Source: Camelus dromedarius (lineage: Eukaryota). Taken from it: a stretch of DNA of 64,000 nt. Numbering within the stretch: the stretch's first letter is position 1; each line of letters starts with the position of its first letter. The position numbers were made by a program, and so were the translations under genes. Shown piece after piece: positions 1 through 13,664 of this stretch. The notes below the pieces were generated by a model that ran no database searches, was not told where the DNA came from, and worked only from the letters and a program-made list of their open reading frames with translations. The DNA lies in contig NC_087436.1 in NCBI RefSeq assembly GCF_036321535.1, positions 16,306,001-16,370,000 on the forward strand, given 5' to 3'.

Positions 1-439
1 AAAGAAATATGACTTGTAAATAATTATACTATAAGGGAGAAAATGATAAGTACCATATGAGAAATATTAGGGCTCAAAAAAGGGAAAGCTACATTACTAA
101 TGTTTATGGTATTATACAATACTTTTCAAAAACTTGATATAGTGATATTTGTATGTTACTTTTAGGGTTTATACTTTACAGTCTATTAAAAAAAGCTTAT
201 TTCTATGAAATAAAAGTTAAAATATGAATTGTTTTTATTTCAGAGAAGAAAGATGTTACTAGATTTTAGCAAAATGGTCTTTTATTTTTAGCATGATTTA
301 CCATTTAAAAATTGGGGGGATCATTTTTATTTCCATGCATCATTGGTGGTTCCATTTCAGATATGACCCTCAGTGATGCTTTTTATTCTGTCTGGATAAA
401 CACTTCAGAAGTGCTGATCAGTTCTCCAAGTACGCTTAC

Positions 440-768
440 CATACTGTTCAATAGAAACGTAAATGTAAACCATAATTCTGAGCCACATGGGTAATGTTCA
501 CTTTCCTTGTAGTCACATTTTTAAAACTCAAAAGGACCATGTGAAATTTATTTTAAGAATATATTTCACCTGATGTATCCAAAATATTTCTGTTTCAACA
601 CGTAGTCAATATAAAATTATTCATTAGAGATTTTATGTTTTTCTTGCACTAAGTCTTTGAGATCTGGTGTGTATTTTATATTTTATCACACATCTCATCT
701 CAAACTAGCCACATTTCAAGTGTTTACTAGCCACTTTTGGCTAATGGCTTCTGTACTGGGCAGTGCAG
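440..768 (-). mobile_element. MER33-like hAT-Charlie non-autonomous DNA transposon
   Basis: Ends actgttcaatagaaa and ctagccacatttcaagtg...gtactgggcagtgcag match the reverse complement of the MER33 consensus; length about 330 bp. Confidence 0.75.
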
Positions 769-1739
769 ACTGAGGGCATTGTTTTGGCATCAAAGGATAG
801 CTTTCTGCTTATGGAGAGGAAAATGCCTTCATCCCCTCTGAGCAGCGGTGTTCCTGATGTTGCACTGCATCTAAATACGAACTGACAGGTAGTAGCAATA
901 GTAGGTAGTCTTGAGGACTGAAATAGAACATGTTAAAATTGGGTTGGAGAATCATCACTGTGATAAATAATAGTTTAAAATTCCCCAGCAGAGTCTGTGT
1001 TTAAAGTCTTAAAAAAAAAAAAAAAGACTTAAGTTTAGAGACTGAGGCGCAAAATAGATTACTGTCTTCAGCCTGAACCATTATAACAGAATTTTGTGGA
1101 ACAAATCAGACTCATAAAGCTTGAATGAATTTCACAAGGTGATCATATCTAAATATTAGGCAAATATCTAAGCTTTTCTAGGCAATCCATTGTCACTGAT
1201 TTCCCACCCCTCTTTTGAGGCAGCATACTCATTTCATGTACCCTTAGTGTCAATTAATTTAATCTCATGATTAAGTACAGTCTGATTTGCTGCAGTTTAA
1301 ACTCTTTCTTCTCTCCTATAGAAATGATTAACAAATCAGGATTGGAGAGTGGAAGGAGTCATAAATGTCACCTAGGTTCATTATTTTTAGAATGGGGGCA
1401 GTCGTAAATGGATCTAAAATGGAGATTATTAGAGAACCATACTTCTCTGGAAGCTCAGAATTTAGAACAAAGATGTATTTTAAAGTAATTCGTGCTAAAA
1501 GTAAACTCAGAATAAAAAGTTTGGCAGAATCCCAAGATAGCATGTAATTTTTACATTTTTTATTTTAATTGAGTCTCTGCACAGTCAGGCAGTGATTGTG
1601 GTACAGCACCAGATGAGACAGAGTGTTGCCTTCAGTGGACTTTTGCACTAGGGGAGATACTGACAGTAAAATCATCCCAGCACTTCCGTCTAATAAAACC
1701 TCTGTGGCTCATAGATACAGGATGGAAATGAGAAGAAGG

Positions 1740-2490
1740 AAGAGAAGAGAGGAGATCCAGGGCCTGTGAGGAGGTGGCTTTTGAGCTTTGAGAAGAAGGG
1801 TGGACTTTATCCTGGGGCACTAGGGAGACATTGGAAAAGTCGAAGCAGAGGAGATTTTGTGGTTTTAAGTGTTCCCTGTGGTTGGTGTTTGAATACGTTT
1901 TACACTGTGAGCGAGACTGGAAGCAATCAGTAAGCTGTTCAGGTAAATAAATAGGTGAGAGACGGTGGAGGCTTAGAGTTGGTAGGGGCACTAGTACTAG
2001 AGAAATGTGGATGAGTTTAAGACATATTTAGAAGGTAAGCACTGTTAGGATTTGGTGATCAGTTTGTCTTATAAGGTGAAAGAGAAATTACTTTTGACTT
2101 GGACATGTATGTACAGAACAAGGAAGAAGAGCGAATTTAGTTGGAGCATAGGGATCTCTGCAGAAAACTTCCTATGACAGGTGAGTTAAAACACCCCCCA
2201 AAGCACATTCAGGTAAGCCAGCCAAGTATTTATTGATTATTTTATCATATGTAGTATATGGTACAGAGCACTTGGGGTTAAAAGGGTGAAATAAACACAG
2301 TTCTTTACACATTTCCAGGTGAGAATGACAGGTATACATAAAACTATTTTTAATACATGTTAGACAGTGACAAGTGCTATAATAAGATATAAACAAAATG
2401 AAATTAATTCTGTCTGGAAGAAGTGGGGTTGCAAATACTTCATAGAGTAAGTGATTTTTGAGTTGGAGCTTAAAGGCTGCAAAGGAATTT
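1740..2490 (-). mobile_element. L2 LINE fragments (antisense)
   Basis: Purine-rich L2 antisense tracts (ggactttatcct, gagaaatgtggatgagtttaagacatatttagaagg, aagtatttattga). Confidence 0.6.
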
Positions 2491-2539
2491 AAACCTTTCC
2501 GATCTACTTCTCTAGCATGTCCGTTTCTCCTGCTGACTC

Positions 2540-3200
2540 CTTCCTCATCATCTCTATTTGAATATATGAAACATATCTCAAGTTGAACATGTTCAAACCT
2601 AAATTCCTGATCTTTGTTCCTTCAAAGCTGCTCTTTTCCCAGTCTTCTCCTTCGTAGTAAAGGGTTTCCCTGTTGAGGGTAAAAGCTTAAGTCCTTACAG
2701 TGCAAGACCCCACAGCGACGACCCCTCCCCTCCAAAATCCCATTACCTCTTGACCTCTTGTACTGTTTGCCTCCTTGCTCACTCTGTTCTGGATAAACAG
2801 GACCACCTTGGTGTTCCTCATATATTCCAGATACCTTCCCACCTCAGGGCCTTTCCTTTTCCCTGAGAAATTCCTACAGACACCCTTATGGATCCATTCC
2901 GTTGCCCATTTCAAGTCTTTGTTCAGATGTCACCTTCTTAGTAAGACCTTCTCTATCCTCTCTCTTTAAAGTTACATCCCTCACCTCATGATTTTAACTC
3001 ACTCCTCAATTTCATTTTTCTTCACGTCACTCATCATCTGACATACACGTCTTTATTCATTTGTTTATTATTGATGTCTTATCCTGGGGAACATTAGCTC
3101 CATAAGAGCATGAATTTGGGACTGTTTTCTTCATTGATTTATCCCTAGAGCTTAAAACAGGGTGTGGAATGTGGTAGGCATTAAATTAAATGTTTTTTAA
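2540..3200 (+). mobile_element. L2 LINE 3' region
   Basis: cccacctcagggcctttc, ttcaagtctttgttcagatgtcaccttc, agctccataagagca and gtggtaggcatt resemble the L2 3' consensus. Confidence 0.75.
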
Positions 3201-3429
3201 ATTAATGCTTCGATGAAATATAGAAGAGTATGCCTAGCACTCAAAATGTCATGAGCGAAATTCAGAGAAAATGCTTGGCACATTGGGGAATGCTTCTTGG
3301 TCTACTAATTGGTCTTATGTGTTTGGTGTGTAGGAAACATAGGGAAGGAAAGACACTGAAAGGCAATTGTGGTCTCGTATGAAGACCCTCAGTAATAGTC
3401 TAAAGATAAACTCTGTCTGCAGTCCTTTC

Positions 3430-3586
3430 AGTCTCTATCACAGCTACTCAGTTCTATCACTGTAGCATAAAAGTGGCCACAGACAATATGTAGACAAATA
3501 AGTGTGCCTGATTTCCAATAAAATTGCATTTACAAAAATGAGTGGCAGGCTTTTGGCCCATGGGTTCTGTCTTCCTGTCTCCCACT
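3430..3586 (+). mobile_element. MER58A-like hAT-Charlie fragment
   Basis: gtctctatcacagctactcagttct...ccacagacaatatgta...ttccaataaaa...ttggcccatggg matches MER58A. Confidence 0.7.
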
Positions 3587-4129
3587 CTAGGCAGTGAGGA
3601 TCCATGTAAGATGTTTTAGCAGGAGTTCCACATATTGATCGACTCTGTTATAAAAAGAAAGAGCTTTGGCAGCAGTATGGAAAGTAGATCCAGGGAATGC
3701 GGAAAAGGACTGAGAGCTGGAGGTAGGGAGAAGTGGGAGGAGGCTGTTACAGTTAGTTAAAAGTAAAGATGATAAGAACTAGTTAAAGAGCTAAGGGGAT
3801 GAATTCAAGGGATGGGTTCAAAGTAATGCTCCAGGATTTGGCACTTGGTTGACTGTAAGGAATAGGAAGGCATAAAGGTGATTCTGTAGTTTGGATGCCT
3901 AGATAAATAATGATGCTATGAACTATAATGAACCTGATTTGTAGACCAAACGTCTGAATTTGCTTTTTGACACATTGGTATATTTTCAGAATAACCAAGA
4001 TACTATTGCCTACTAGTTGAAAATTCAAACCTAAGCTTCAGAATAGTGTCATAGACATGTAGGGTAAGAAGGAGTATTATCTTGGAGCCTCAAAACAGTT
4101 GTCTGGTCTCTTGTTCTCCACTTCCTAAG

Positions 4130-5462
4130 CGCCCATCATCCCCCAAGCCCACTCAGTCAAGCCTTCTTCACCACCACGTCATCGAAATCAGTCTTGTCAC
4201 AGTCATTGATGAACAGCTTCTGTGTTGTCAAATGCAGATTTTCCCTTCTCATGGTACTTGATCTGTCAGCATTATTGACACAATTAATTGATCCATTTTT
4301 CCAGTAACATATTCTTTACTTGGTTTCTGGAATAAAGAGCCACCCTCTCCTGGCAATCTCCTTACCTTTTTTTTCAGTCTTCTTTACCAGATTCTCTTGT
4401 TTTCCAACCCTAAATTATTGGAGTTCCTTTGGCCTTAGTCTTTAGATCTTTTCTGTATCAACACTTGCTCTCTAGGTGAGCACAGCTTACTCCATGGCTC
4501 TTCCCTGAGCTGCAGGGCTATATATCTAGCTCCCTTTGAGCTGGGTGTATGTTCATAGTCATTTTAAACTGAAAATGTTCTGTATCAAACTCTATTTCTC
4601 CCCTTACCCTCCTCGCCACCCTAAAGAAAAAGTATCAACACCTGCCTTTGCCACCTCAGTGAAAGACAGCACTGTTTAGCCAGTTCGCTCAGGCCTTTAG
4701 AAAGCTTGGACTCTGATGCCTCCCTTTCGCACACACACCCCACTGGCCATCTTGTCAACCTTCAGAATCTATTCAGAATCTGACCATTTATCACCACATT
4801 CATCACGAGAGTCCTAGCCCAAGTGGCTGTAAGTTCTCACTTCACCTGTTCCCCCTGGGCTGTTTTCTCCATGCAGCAGAAAGATATTATAAAGCAGGTC
4901 ATATCCCTGAGCTCAGACCCAGCCAGTGACTACTCATCTAACTCAGAACAGAATGCGGGTTTATACTGCAGCCCTGGAAGCCCTTCATTGTCTGGTTGCC
5001 TCTGACTCCCCAGCTCTCTTACTCTGCTTCAGCCTCACTTACCTTTGCTGTGGTTCCTCTTCAAAAGTGCCAAGCCCACCCTTCTTTTGGTGGTTTTCTA
5101 TATAATGTTCTTTATGCCTGACTCAGTCTCCCCCAGATGTTTGCTTCACTTATTCCGTTTTTTTCATTCAAGTCTCTGCCCAAAATGGTCACCTCCTCAG
5201 AGTGGACTTCCTGGGTATCCTCTCAAAAGTAGCATCACCCAACCCCCATCCCTCTCTATCCCTTTATTTTCTTTTATTTTTTAACATAATACTTGCCAGT
5301 ATTTGACATGATACATATATTAATTTACTTATTTTACGTCTCCACCGCTAGAGCTCTGTGAAGGTGAGGACTTTCTGTTTTGCTCACTTTGTAACCTCAG
5401 CGTTCAGAACAGTGCCTTGCATTTAGTTAGAACTCAGTAAATACTGATTGGTTGAATGAATG
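4130..5462 (+). mobile_element. L2 LINE (about 1.3 kb, reaches the 3' end)
   Basis: Pyrimidine-rich L2 body ending agaacagtgcctt...ctcagtaaatactgattggttgaatgaatg, the typical L2 tail. Confidence 0.8.
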
Positions 5463-6494
5463 CATAGCTTTAAAGATGTCAGGAAAAGAGGAGTCAGTGA
5501 AAGAGCCTGGGAAAAACAGAAAGGTCATTTGAGGAGAAAGAGGAGAGTGTATGGCCATCCCAGCCAGAAGGGCACAGCAAAACCCAACAGGTGTGTTCTC
5601 CACATGAGATGGGGCTACTAACATCTCATCTTATGTGGAATGAGCTTATCTCTCCACAAGAGCTCACAGCTGAATGTCACCTACTGACCACGAGTTGTTA
5701 ATGCTTTAATCTTCTACATTTTTATAGTTAAGACACATTAAGATCTTACTTATACAGCTTTACAAAAGAAGTCCATAGGGACATCCTGTCATTGGTCATA
5801 TTTTGGATATTCAGTTTAAAAACCTTTTATAGTTTATTATGTATTATTAGATTGTGAAATGTGTATTAAGTTATAAAAATCAGTAGGGCCGATACAGTGT
5901 ATTGCATATTTACAATTAAGTAAATCGAGTGCAGTTAAATCCTAGGGATTACTAAATAAGGTTTCTAAAATAAATGACTATCAGTAATATTACAAGAATG
6001 AGTTTTAGCTTTAAAAATTAACCCTTAAAGGTACTGAGTGTACACGTCTGTTAAAAATAATAATACAAAATAGAGATGATCATAGAATAGTTTTATTTGT
6101 GTCTTGCGAGATTTGTAAAACATGAGACCTTTGACTTGCCCTCTGCCACTTCAGAAATCCCAGGGGTCTGTAACCAGAAGATAAGTTGGGATCCTTTTTC
6201 CTCTATCAGCATGCTTCCTAGCACAATACAGTCGTGGATGCTGATAGCATCAGCATTAGGGCCATTTGTAAGAAACTGTTTAGCTACAGTTAATAGAACG
6301 TAATTGCTGGAAATTTATTTCTGGATGCATTTGTTTAAAAAAGGCTTAAGATAGGTTTTTTTTCTTCATTTATTCTTCCTATTTCAAACAAAATTTTAAA
6401 TAATTCAGGATTTGTAAAATGCTAAAAGAAAGTACAATTAAAATTTTACCCTTTTCTGTACATCCTTTGCAAATTTCTGGCATGTGTACTCAGT

Positions 6495-6670
6495 CCCTTC
6501 CTTCCTTCTTCCCTCCCTCCCTCACACCCTCCTTGCCTATGTCCCTCCCTCCCCCTTCTCCTCTCACTTACCTTCTCTTCATTCTCCCCCTTTCTTCTTT
6601 CTCTGTCTTCCTCTCCCTCTCTCTCTCATTTTTTTGCCAGTCCTTCTTTCCCAGTCTCTCTCTCTCTTTC
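6495..6670. repeat. CT-rich low-complexity polypyrimidine tract
   Basis: About 175 bp of nearly pure C/T (ccttccttcttccctccctccc...ctctctctc). Confidence 0.85.
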
Positions 6671-7647
6671 ACATCCACATTACAGTGAACTCAAGCTGTC
6701 TCACCTCTTAACGGTGTAAAACACACTCTAGCTGAACCACATATGTGTTTATCCTTGTTTTTGTACATAACTTACACGTGACTTACAGATTTGTTAATTT
6801 AACCACATCTCTTTAACCTTTTTCTTCTTCATACATTAGTAGGTTAAATGATGTATTCCTTTGCTAATTTTTTTTTTAGCATTGAACTTCGTACTCGTAA
6901 GTCTACAATGAACCATTTTTTTGTTGTTCTTTAAGAAAAATCACTTGAAACACTGAATATTTTTCTTCTTATGTTATTTATATACCGGGAAAAAAGTTTT
7001 TCTAAGTCACTTAGAAAATGTTCCTATTTTCCTGAATTATAAAAATGTACACACACCAGCTGTGACTTATTTTATCACTGGTGATCTTAGGATATTTTTG
7101 TTTAGTTGACAAATGTAGGCTGTTCATTAATATATTGATAGACCCTGATATTAATTGTTCTCCCCTATACTCATAGCAAAATGTGTGTATTTTACAACTT
7201 GTTCCAGAAAGGACTTCAGGTGGGTATTTATTTACATCTTCTCTTCTGACAGTCACAGCTTACCTGTTATTTCCATTAGTAATGTCCATTATCTCTTCCC
7301 AAATTACAATTTCTTAAAGATAGGGTTCTAGAACAGCAAAAGGCTCAGTGAAAATGTCCGGTCTAAATATAAAAGGAAAAAAAATGTTGAAAGCAGGAGA
7401 GAACTATAAAATATTGAGAGTACGCCTCGTAAATTGAGGCATGTTAAGCTGTACTGTCATTGCTAATAAAAATAAACAAATTTGTTTTAACTGTGATAGT
7501 TATTTAGTAGGAATTATTGAGTCTCAAATATTTTTGTGAACATACTTATTTTTACAAGTAAATTTTGTTAAAATGCCCTTAGGATTATGTTAAATGAATA
7601 GTTATAGCCAATGAATGACCTTTTGGCTTTAAAAATCAGGCAAGTTG

Positions 7648-7770
7648 GAGGGGAGGGTATAGCTAAAGTGACAGAGCACATGCTTAATATGCATGAGGTC
7701 CTGGGTTCAATCCCCAGTTCTCCTTCTAGAAAGAAAGAAAGAAACGTGATTCGCCACCCTCTCCCCCAAA
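7648..7770 (+). mobile_element. Vic-1-type tRNA-Ala-derived SINE (diverged copy)
   Basis: Head ggggagggtatagctaaagtgacagagcacatgcttaatatgcatgaggtcctgggttcaatccccag; TSD aaaaatcaggcaagttg (7631-7647) / aagaatcagacaagttg (7771-7787), 15/17 identical. Confidence 0.85.
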
Positions 7771-8601
7771 AAGAATCAGACAAGTTGAGTCTCTAATTCG
7801 AGGGGCCACATTAATGATAATACCAATAATAGTAATAATAATAAGATCTTGTGTTCGTATTGAATTCTGTATTATCTCATATTAGCCTTACAACAACCCT
7901 ATGTTTTAGAAATGGCAATTGAAGTGAGTAGGGGTCAAAAAAATTAAATTAACCAGTGAGTTGAATAGATAAGACTCAAACCCAGTTATTGATTCCACTA
8001 TATTAGATTGAGATAGATTATTTACTGTCTGTTGGTTTGTAATCTGTGATTTTTCTTTATTTTTAATTTGAAATGAAACTTTAATATCTAAAACCACACA
8101 ATATTAATTGTATCTGTCTGGAAAGATTATCAGTTATTTTTTCTTCTCCAATTTAAAAATTGCTATTAATGTTTCTTTTACTAAAGTAAAAAATAGTATT
8201 GTATCTACTGAATAAGGACAAACTAAATTTAAACATCCATTTGAAAACATTCAGATATGCAGTCCATTTAAAATGACTTAAAGGTTCAATTCAACTCTGA
8301 TCAGTTTTTTAAGTTTTTCTCATTTGTGGGCTAACACAATAAATCCTTGAAAGTTAATATGTATCAGAACATGTACTTTTAAAAATAATATGTTGTTCAT
8401 CAATTTTTTTTCTTCACTAAGAAAGCTTACTTTGAATTTTTTCTTCATAAAATATATAATTTTTCCAATGTAAAAAACTACAATTTTTCTTTTTCTTTTT
8501 TTACCATCAATGTCCCCAAGCAGTATACATTAAATTAGTTACCTTGTTATCATGCTTATATTTGACTTGTCAGGATTTCATATTTTAGTAAGAATAAAAT
8601 A

Positions 8602-8771
8602 GTGAGGGGAGAGTATAGCTCAAGTGGTAGAGCACATGCTTAGCATGCACAAGGTGCTGGGTTCAATCCCCAGTACTTCTATTAAAAATAAATCTAATTA
8701 CCTCCCCACCCCATCAAAAATAAATAAATAAAAAATATAATACAATAATAAATAAATACATTTTTTAAAAA
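8602..8771 (+). mobile_element. Vic-1-type tRNA-Ala-derived SINE
   Basis: tRNA-like head, taattacctccc body and A-rich tail; TSD aagaataaaata at 8590-8601 and 8772-8783. Confidence 0.88.
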
Positions 8772-10203
8772 AAGAATAAAATAAAAACTTATCACTGAAG
8801 TAGCATCTTTATATTGATTTCAGTTTTGATTATCTTTTTGCTTTGGACTGGTAGATTACTATTTGTCACGGCTGTCCAGGTATTATGGAAGTGAAGGTTT
8901 TAGTTCTGTAGGTAGAACTGGTGACTGTTAGGAGAGTCACACAGCCTCACTGCTGAGCACGTTCGTATCAGTGAGGATCATACTTTAATAAAGAAAACTA
9001 AAGCATATGTGTGGTCACAACCAATCCTTGTCATTATGCCTTGAAAGCCCTGAGATTTGTGATCAAAGCAATCAGCTTATCCTGAACTGTGGTATAACCT
9101 CTGGTTGAACCTTTCACATTTTTATTTTAGGAGATTATACACTATATTTTGACCATGTTACCTGCCTCTAAGACCCATCTGCCTAATTAAGTGATACAGG
9201 TTAAAATTATTGTCAGCAAGTCCAAAGAAAATGTGAATTGTAAATATCTGTCTTCTGTCAGTGCTGTTTTCTTATCATTTTCCGCTGATGGAATTGCTGA
9301 ACATGTTTTTTATCCAGAGCTGAATGTTCTGTTCTAATGAATATAAAACATACTTCACTTTGTAAACGGACATTGGAAGTATTAGAAAGACATAATCTTT
9401 GATTCTATTACTAAATTTCATCTGTCCAAGGAAATAATTTTAAGCTGTAATATTGGCATTATATCAAAGCATGAGTTTTAGAAAGATGCTTTTAAGATTA
9501 AAATGGAATTCTACTGTATAATTTGAATGTCACTATCATGCATAGTAAAATTCAGGTAGTATATATACTTATGTATTTGGTTACACGTTGGTGGACCTCA
9601 GTTGAGTTCAGCATATTTATTTTGTATTAAGAGGGTATTCAACTCCCATCAACTGATTTATTTATGCAGATTTCCTTCAAGAGGTTATAATATTTTTAAG
9701 TATATATACTCATTCCTTTACTTAATTGTGCTTATTTGATAATGTCCTGTATACTATTAGATTTTTCATAATCTTTTTCTTCAGTACTGATTTCTTGGAA
9801 ACATTTGTCCTATTTTAAATTATCTCCTACTCCATCCATATAGTTCTCTCTAAACCAACTGTACATATAATAAACTCCTAACCACCAACTCAAGTGTATA
9901 AGAAAAATGTCCTGGTTTGAATTCAAATCTTCTTCATATTAGGCTAGTGGGAAATTCTTTCACAGTCATTAGATGGGTAGTACAGGGACCTCCTTTTCCC
10001 AGGGCTTGAATGAGATCCAGGCTCATGCGGTACCTAGATAATTGGCTCTCACGTTTTCAGTTTATCTGTAATATCCTCATTGTCTAAGACACATGGTCTT
10101 TTGGAAGCCAACAGCACTGCTGGCTATCCAAACTTGAGTTAAGATATATTTTCTGATGCCAAAGGCCCTGGTGCCAAGGGACTGGCTTCCCTAAGTACAC
10201 CAT

Positions 10204-10389
10204 CATGAAGCTATCATGTAGAGGTGGGCAGGTTGTTCTCTATGTGGGGGGGGGGGGGTGCTTGACTGGAGGAAAGATAGAGCTGTTCTACACTTACCAC
10301 GCTGAGTTCTCTTGGGGCCGAATTAGCCCAGAAGGATTGCTTTTCTCTAATTCCTACAGAGGCCCTTAGGTGGGCAAGCAGTGACCCTG
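10204..10389 (-). mobile_element. MER91-like hAT-Tip100 element containing a G13 run
   Basis: The 3' part ttttctctaattcctacagaggccc...gcagtgaccctg and 5' gcaggttgt resemble the reverse complement of MER91. Confidence 0.45.
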
Positions 10390-12039
10390 ATTACCATTTG
10401 CAGTAAGCACGCCATCCCCTCACCTACCCCTCAGGCTGAAAAAAAGGTGGTTACAGATTTTGAGAAACTTGGTTCCCTAATTTTGGGGGAAAATCTTCTC
10501 TCTTTTCTTTGGTTTCTGTCTTTTTAAAAATACTAACCTTTGACGCTGCTTTTCCTGGACATTTTACATAATCTCCCGTGTGTTTACACTTTCACAAAAG
10601 ACAGAAAAAGAGGATGTCTTCAACAGGTTTCTGCCCTGGGCCCTGCAAATGTTCTGGAAATGCCTGACTACTCCCTTGAAATTGGAGGGGTACAGGGTGA
10701 GAGGCAGAAAATAAAGAGAGCAAAACACAAAATTCTTATCTCAGTAAATTTCTAGTGAAATATTAAGCTTAAATTTTAATTAATAAACTTTAAAATTTTA
10801 ATTTTGAAATATTTGTATAATGTCCATTGTACAGAATTTACAGGATATCTATTTTTAGTAGGAAATTACAAATAAAATCTATGGGAATTATGGAAATTGA
10901 TGAGTTTATTACCTCCCTTCCAGCATGATGGAAATTATTTAACTGAAAGTTTAACATAGTCTAGTAAGACTTAAAAGTTTTAAATTGCTTCCTTTGTACC
11001 TCTTGTTAAAAATTTCTTATATTATTTATGTGTAATTTTACTCCATTTAATTTCAAGTTGGATTAACTAAATTTATATTTAAGTTGAGCTATTAATATTA
11101 AAGTAACAGAATAAATTCATAGTAAATTCAACTGTTTAAATAAAGTAGGCCAGGAACAAAACATATTTCTGTTAATTTAGTTTAGAACTTATAAAAAAAA
11201 CAATGAAGAAGATTTCCATTTTGAGCAGATATATTTTGGTCAATTTATTTAGCTGAATAAAATGACAGATGTAGAAGATAACAGAAAAATGTACAAAATC
11301 ATAAGAACTTTGGGGCTGTATAAGGAGGACTGAAGACTTTATTTTTTATGAAAATTGCCATGAAATTCACTTGTTCCATTTCTGCTTTCTAGACGTGGCC
11401 TCAAGAAATAGTATTTTAAAAATATTTTTATTAGGTAATATGTATCTCTGATTTATAATACAAATGACTGATCTCCCAAATTTTAAAACTTGGGACAAGC
11501 CTAGCATCTAAAATTCAGCCATTATAATTGTTTTGACTCTTAGGGGAATTGCCACATAGATGTGTAGTGAGTACAACAGGCAAAAATAAACGGCAACATC
11601 CTGTAATTGTCGGAGCACTATGGTGATATTATTTGAAATTCACATGATTTGAAGAATAAGTATTTAATTAAACTAAAATGCTGCTTTTGATTTTAAATAT
11701 AGAAGGAAGGCATGGAAATAATGTGAAGTGAAAATAAGACATTTTGAGAAATTTGTTCAAAGTTGGAATTTATGGAATTCATACTGGAAAGTAAATTAGT
11801 AATAGTTAAAAAGTGATTTTTCTTCCTATATGGGTAAATAATAATTACAGCATATTTTTAAAATTCTTCCTTTTGATTAATTTTATTAAGTAGTAAATAC
11901 TACATATGTAATCAGTTGTTTACTTATCATGAAAGAATGATAAGTTTTTGTTTACTTCTTAAAAAATTGCTTAAAATATATTTTAAATACTTACATTTAA
12001 AATGTTCAGCGCTGTGTGAGTGGAACCTATGCTTATTTG

Positions 12040-12268
12040 ATGATTAAGGACACAGGCTTTAGAGTTAGACAAATCTTGATTTAAGTTCTAAATTTCTCAT
12101 ATATCAGCTGTGTAACCTTGGGCAAATGACTAACTTTGTTGAGCCTTAGTTGATTTTTAAAATGGAGATGATACCTCACCTTGTAAAGTTGTGAAGCTTA
12201 AACGTGGTAGGGTTTATTAAGAGTTTTTTTTAGTACTTGACTCATCTCATGCAGCAAATGTTAGCTCT
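12040..12268 (+). mobile_element. MIR SINE
   Basis: MIR core agctgtgtaaccttgggcaaatgacttaac...aaaatggagatgatacctcacc. Confidence 0.8.
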
Positions 12269-13511
12269 AACAAATTGGTTAGAGCTTTTTGTTGTGTAAA
12301 ATAACACGTGCCTTTCCCTTTTTTGTCAATTAGACTTATATGCATCCTTTTGGGAGATGAGAATCTTAAAAATGTTTGTATGATCACTGTGTCATTTCAT
12401 TTATGGTTAAACTGTTAACAAGTTTCTACCTTTTTTAAAAAAAATTGTTTTTTGTTCAGTTTAAATGTTTTTCAAGTCAGCAATCAGGTGGTTGTCAGGC
12501 ATTTGGAGGACAAGCTTATGTCTACCCTGCTTAGTTAATTACTGTGATTGTAAACAAAGGATGTACGATTCAAAGTCAAGCAACATTTCACATGGATGAT
12601 GGAGGTGATAATAGCTTAATTCCTGCTGAATTTTTTTTCTTTGCTCTAGCGAGTTCATACTGACCTTGTCCAAAGTCTGATGACCTCCCTATTTTACTCA
12701 ACCGTTTGGAAAGCCGGGCCTGCCATAGCTGGCCCTGAGGGGGTATCTGAAAGACCACTGAGTCACTGACCCATGTCAAGACTGGATTTCAGGTCTGATC
12801 TTCAGGACCCCTGAAATCGTTATACATGGGGCTTATTGTACACAGAAACCTAACTGGCTTGCATTTTTCTGCTTATTAAGTGTCCTGTTAAAGTGTATTT
12901 TAAATGTCCTTATTAAAGTCGTATTTAATTTACTCAGTTTCTCATGTAGGTCATTTTCTAAACTAATTATAAATTTTGATCTTTTATCTGAGTTAATACC
13001 TTAAAACTAAACTTGAATATTTTGGAACATGAGCAAAATACATTGTTAAACCTTGGCTAAATGTAAAGAGTATCTGCCTGGTTCATGATGACACCAAGGC
13101 ATTTTAATGTTTTTAAAGATTTTGGTTTTTTCTAGCAAAAATTCCATATACCTAAAAAAAAAAAAAAAGAAAACCTAGCTTAGATGATTGTTATTATTAC
13201 ATCACGTTATCTCTGTATCTTGTCAATCCTCAAATATTACTCAGATGTTGGCATTTAAGAGTCTTGAGTTGATGAAACTTGTCCTAAAGAAAAGCATGTA
13301 ACCAATCAGTAAGATGTTATTTCAGTTTGGTTGGATAGGCTCTGTCTACCTCAATGTCTACTTTGTGATAAGGCTATGATGTGAAAAGAGAAAAAATATT
13401 CCAGTGTTTGTTCTGTTCTTCTGCACTATAGGAAATGATCAAGCCCTTTTATGAATACCTAGTCAGTGTTCTACAATTTATAATATGACATTTTCTTCTA
13501 TTTCTATATAG

Positions 13512-13664
13512 GAGTTGATCCCTGAATTTTATTATCTCCCTGAGATGTTTGTCAACTTCAATAATTATAATCTTGGAGTGATGGATGATGGGACAGTGGT
13601 GTCTGATGTTGAGCTTCCTCCTTGGGCCAAAACCTCAGAAGAATTTGTTCGCATAAACAGATTG
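13512..13664 (+). CDS. LRBA: Internal coding exon of LRBA (LPS-responsive beige-like anchor protein), BEACH domain
   Basis: Acceptor ttttcttctatttctatatag| and donor |gtaaga flank 153 nt of open frame: [58 protein letters not shown] and LPPWA are BEACH motifs. [19 protein letters not shown] matches LRBA rather than the paralog NBEA as I recall both sequences. Confidence 0.96.
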
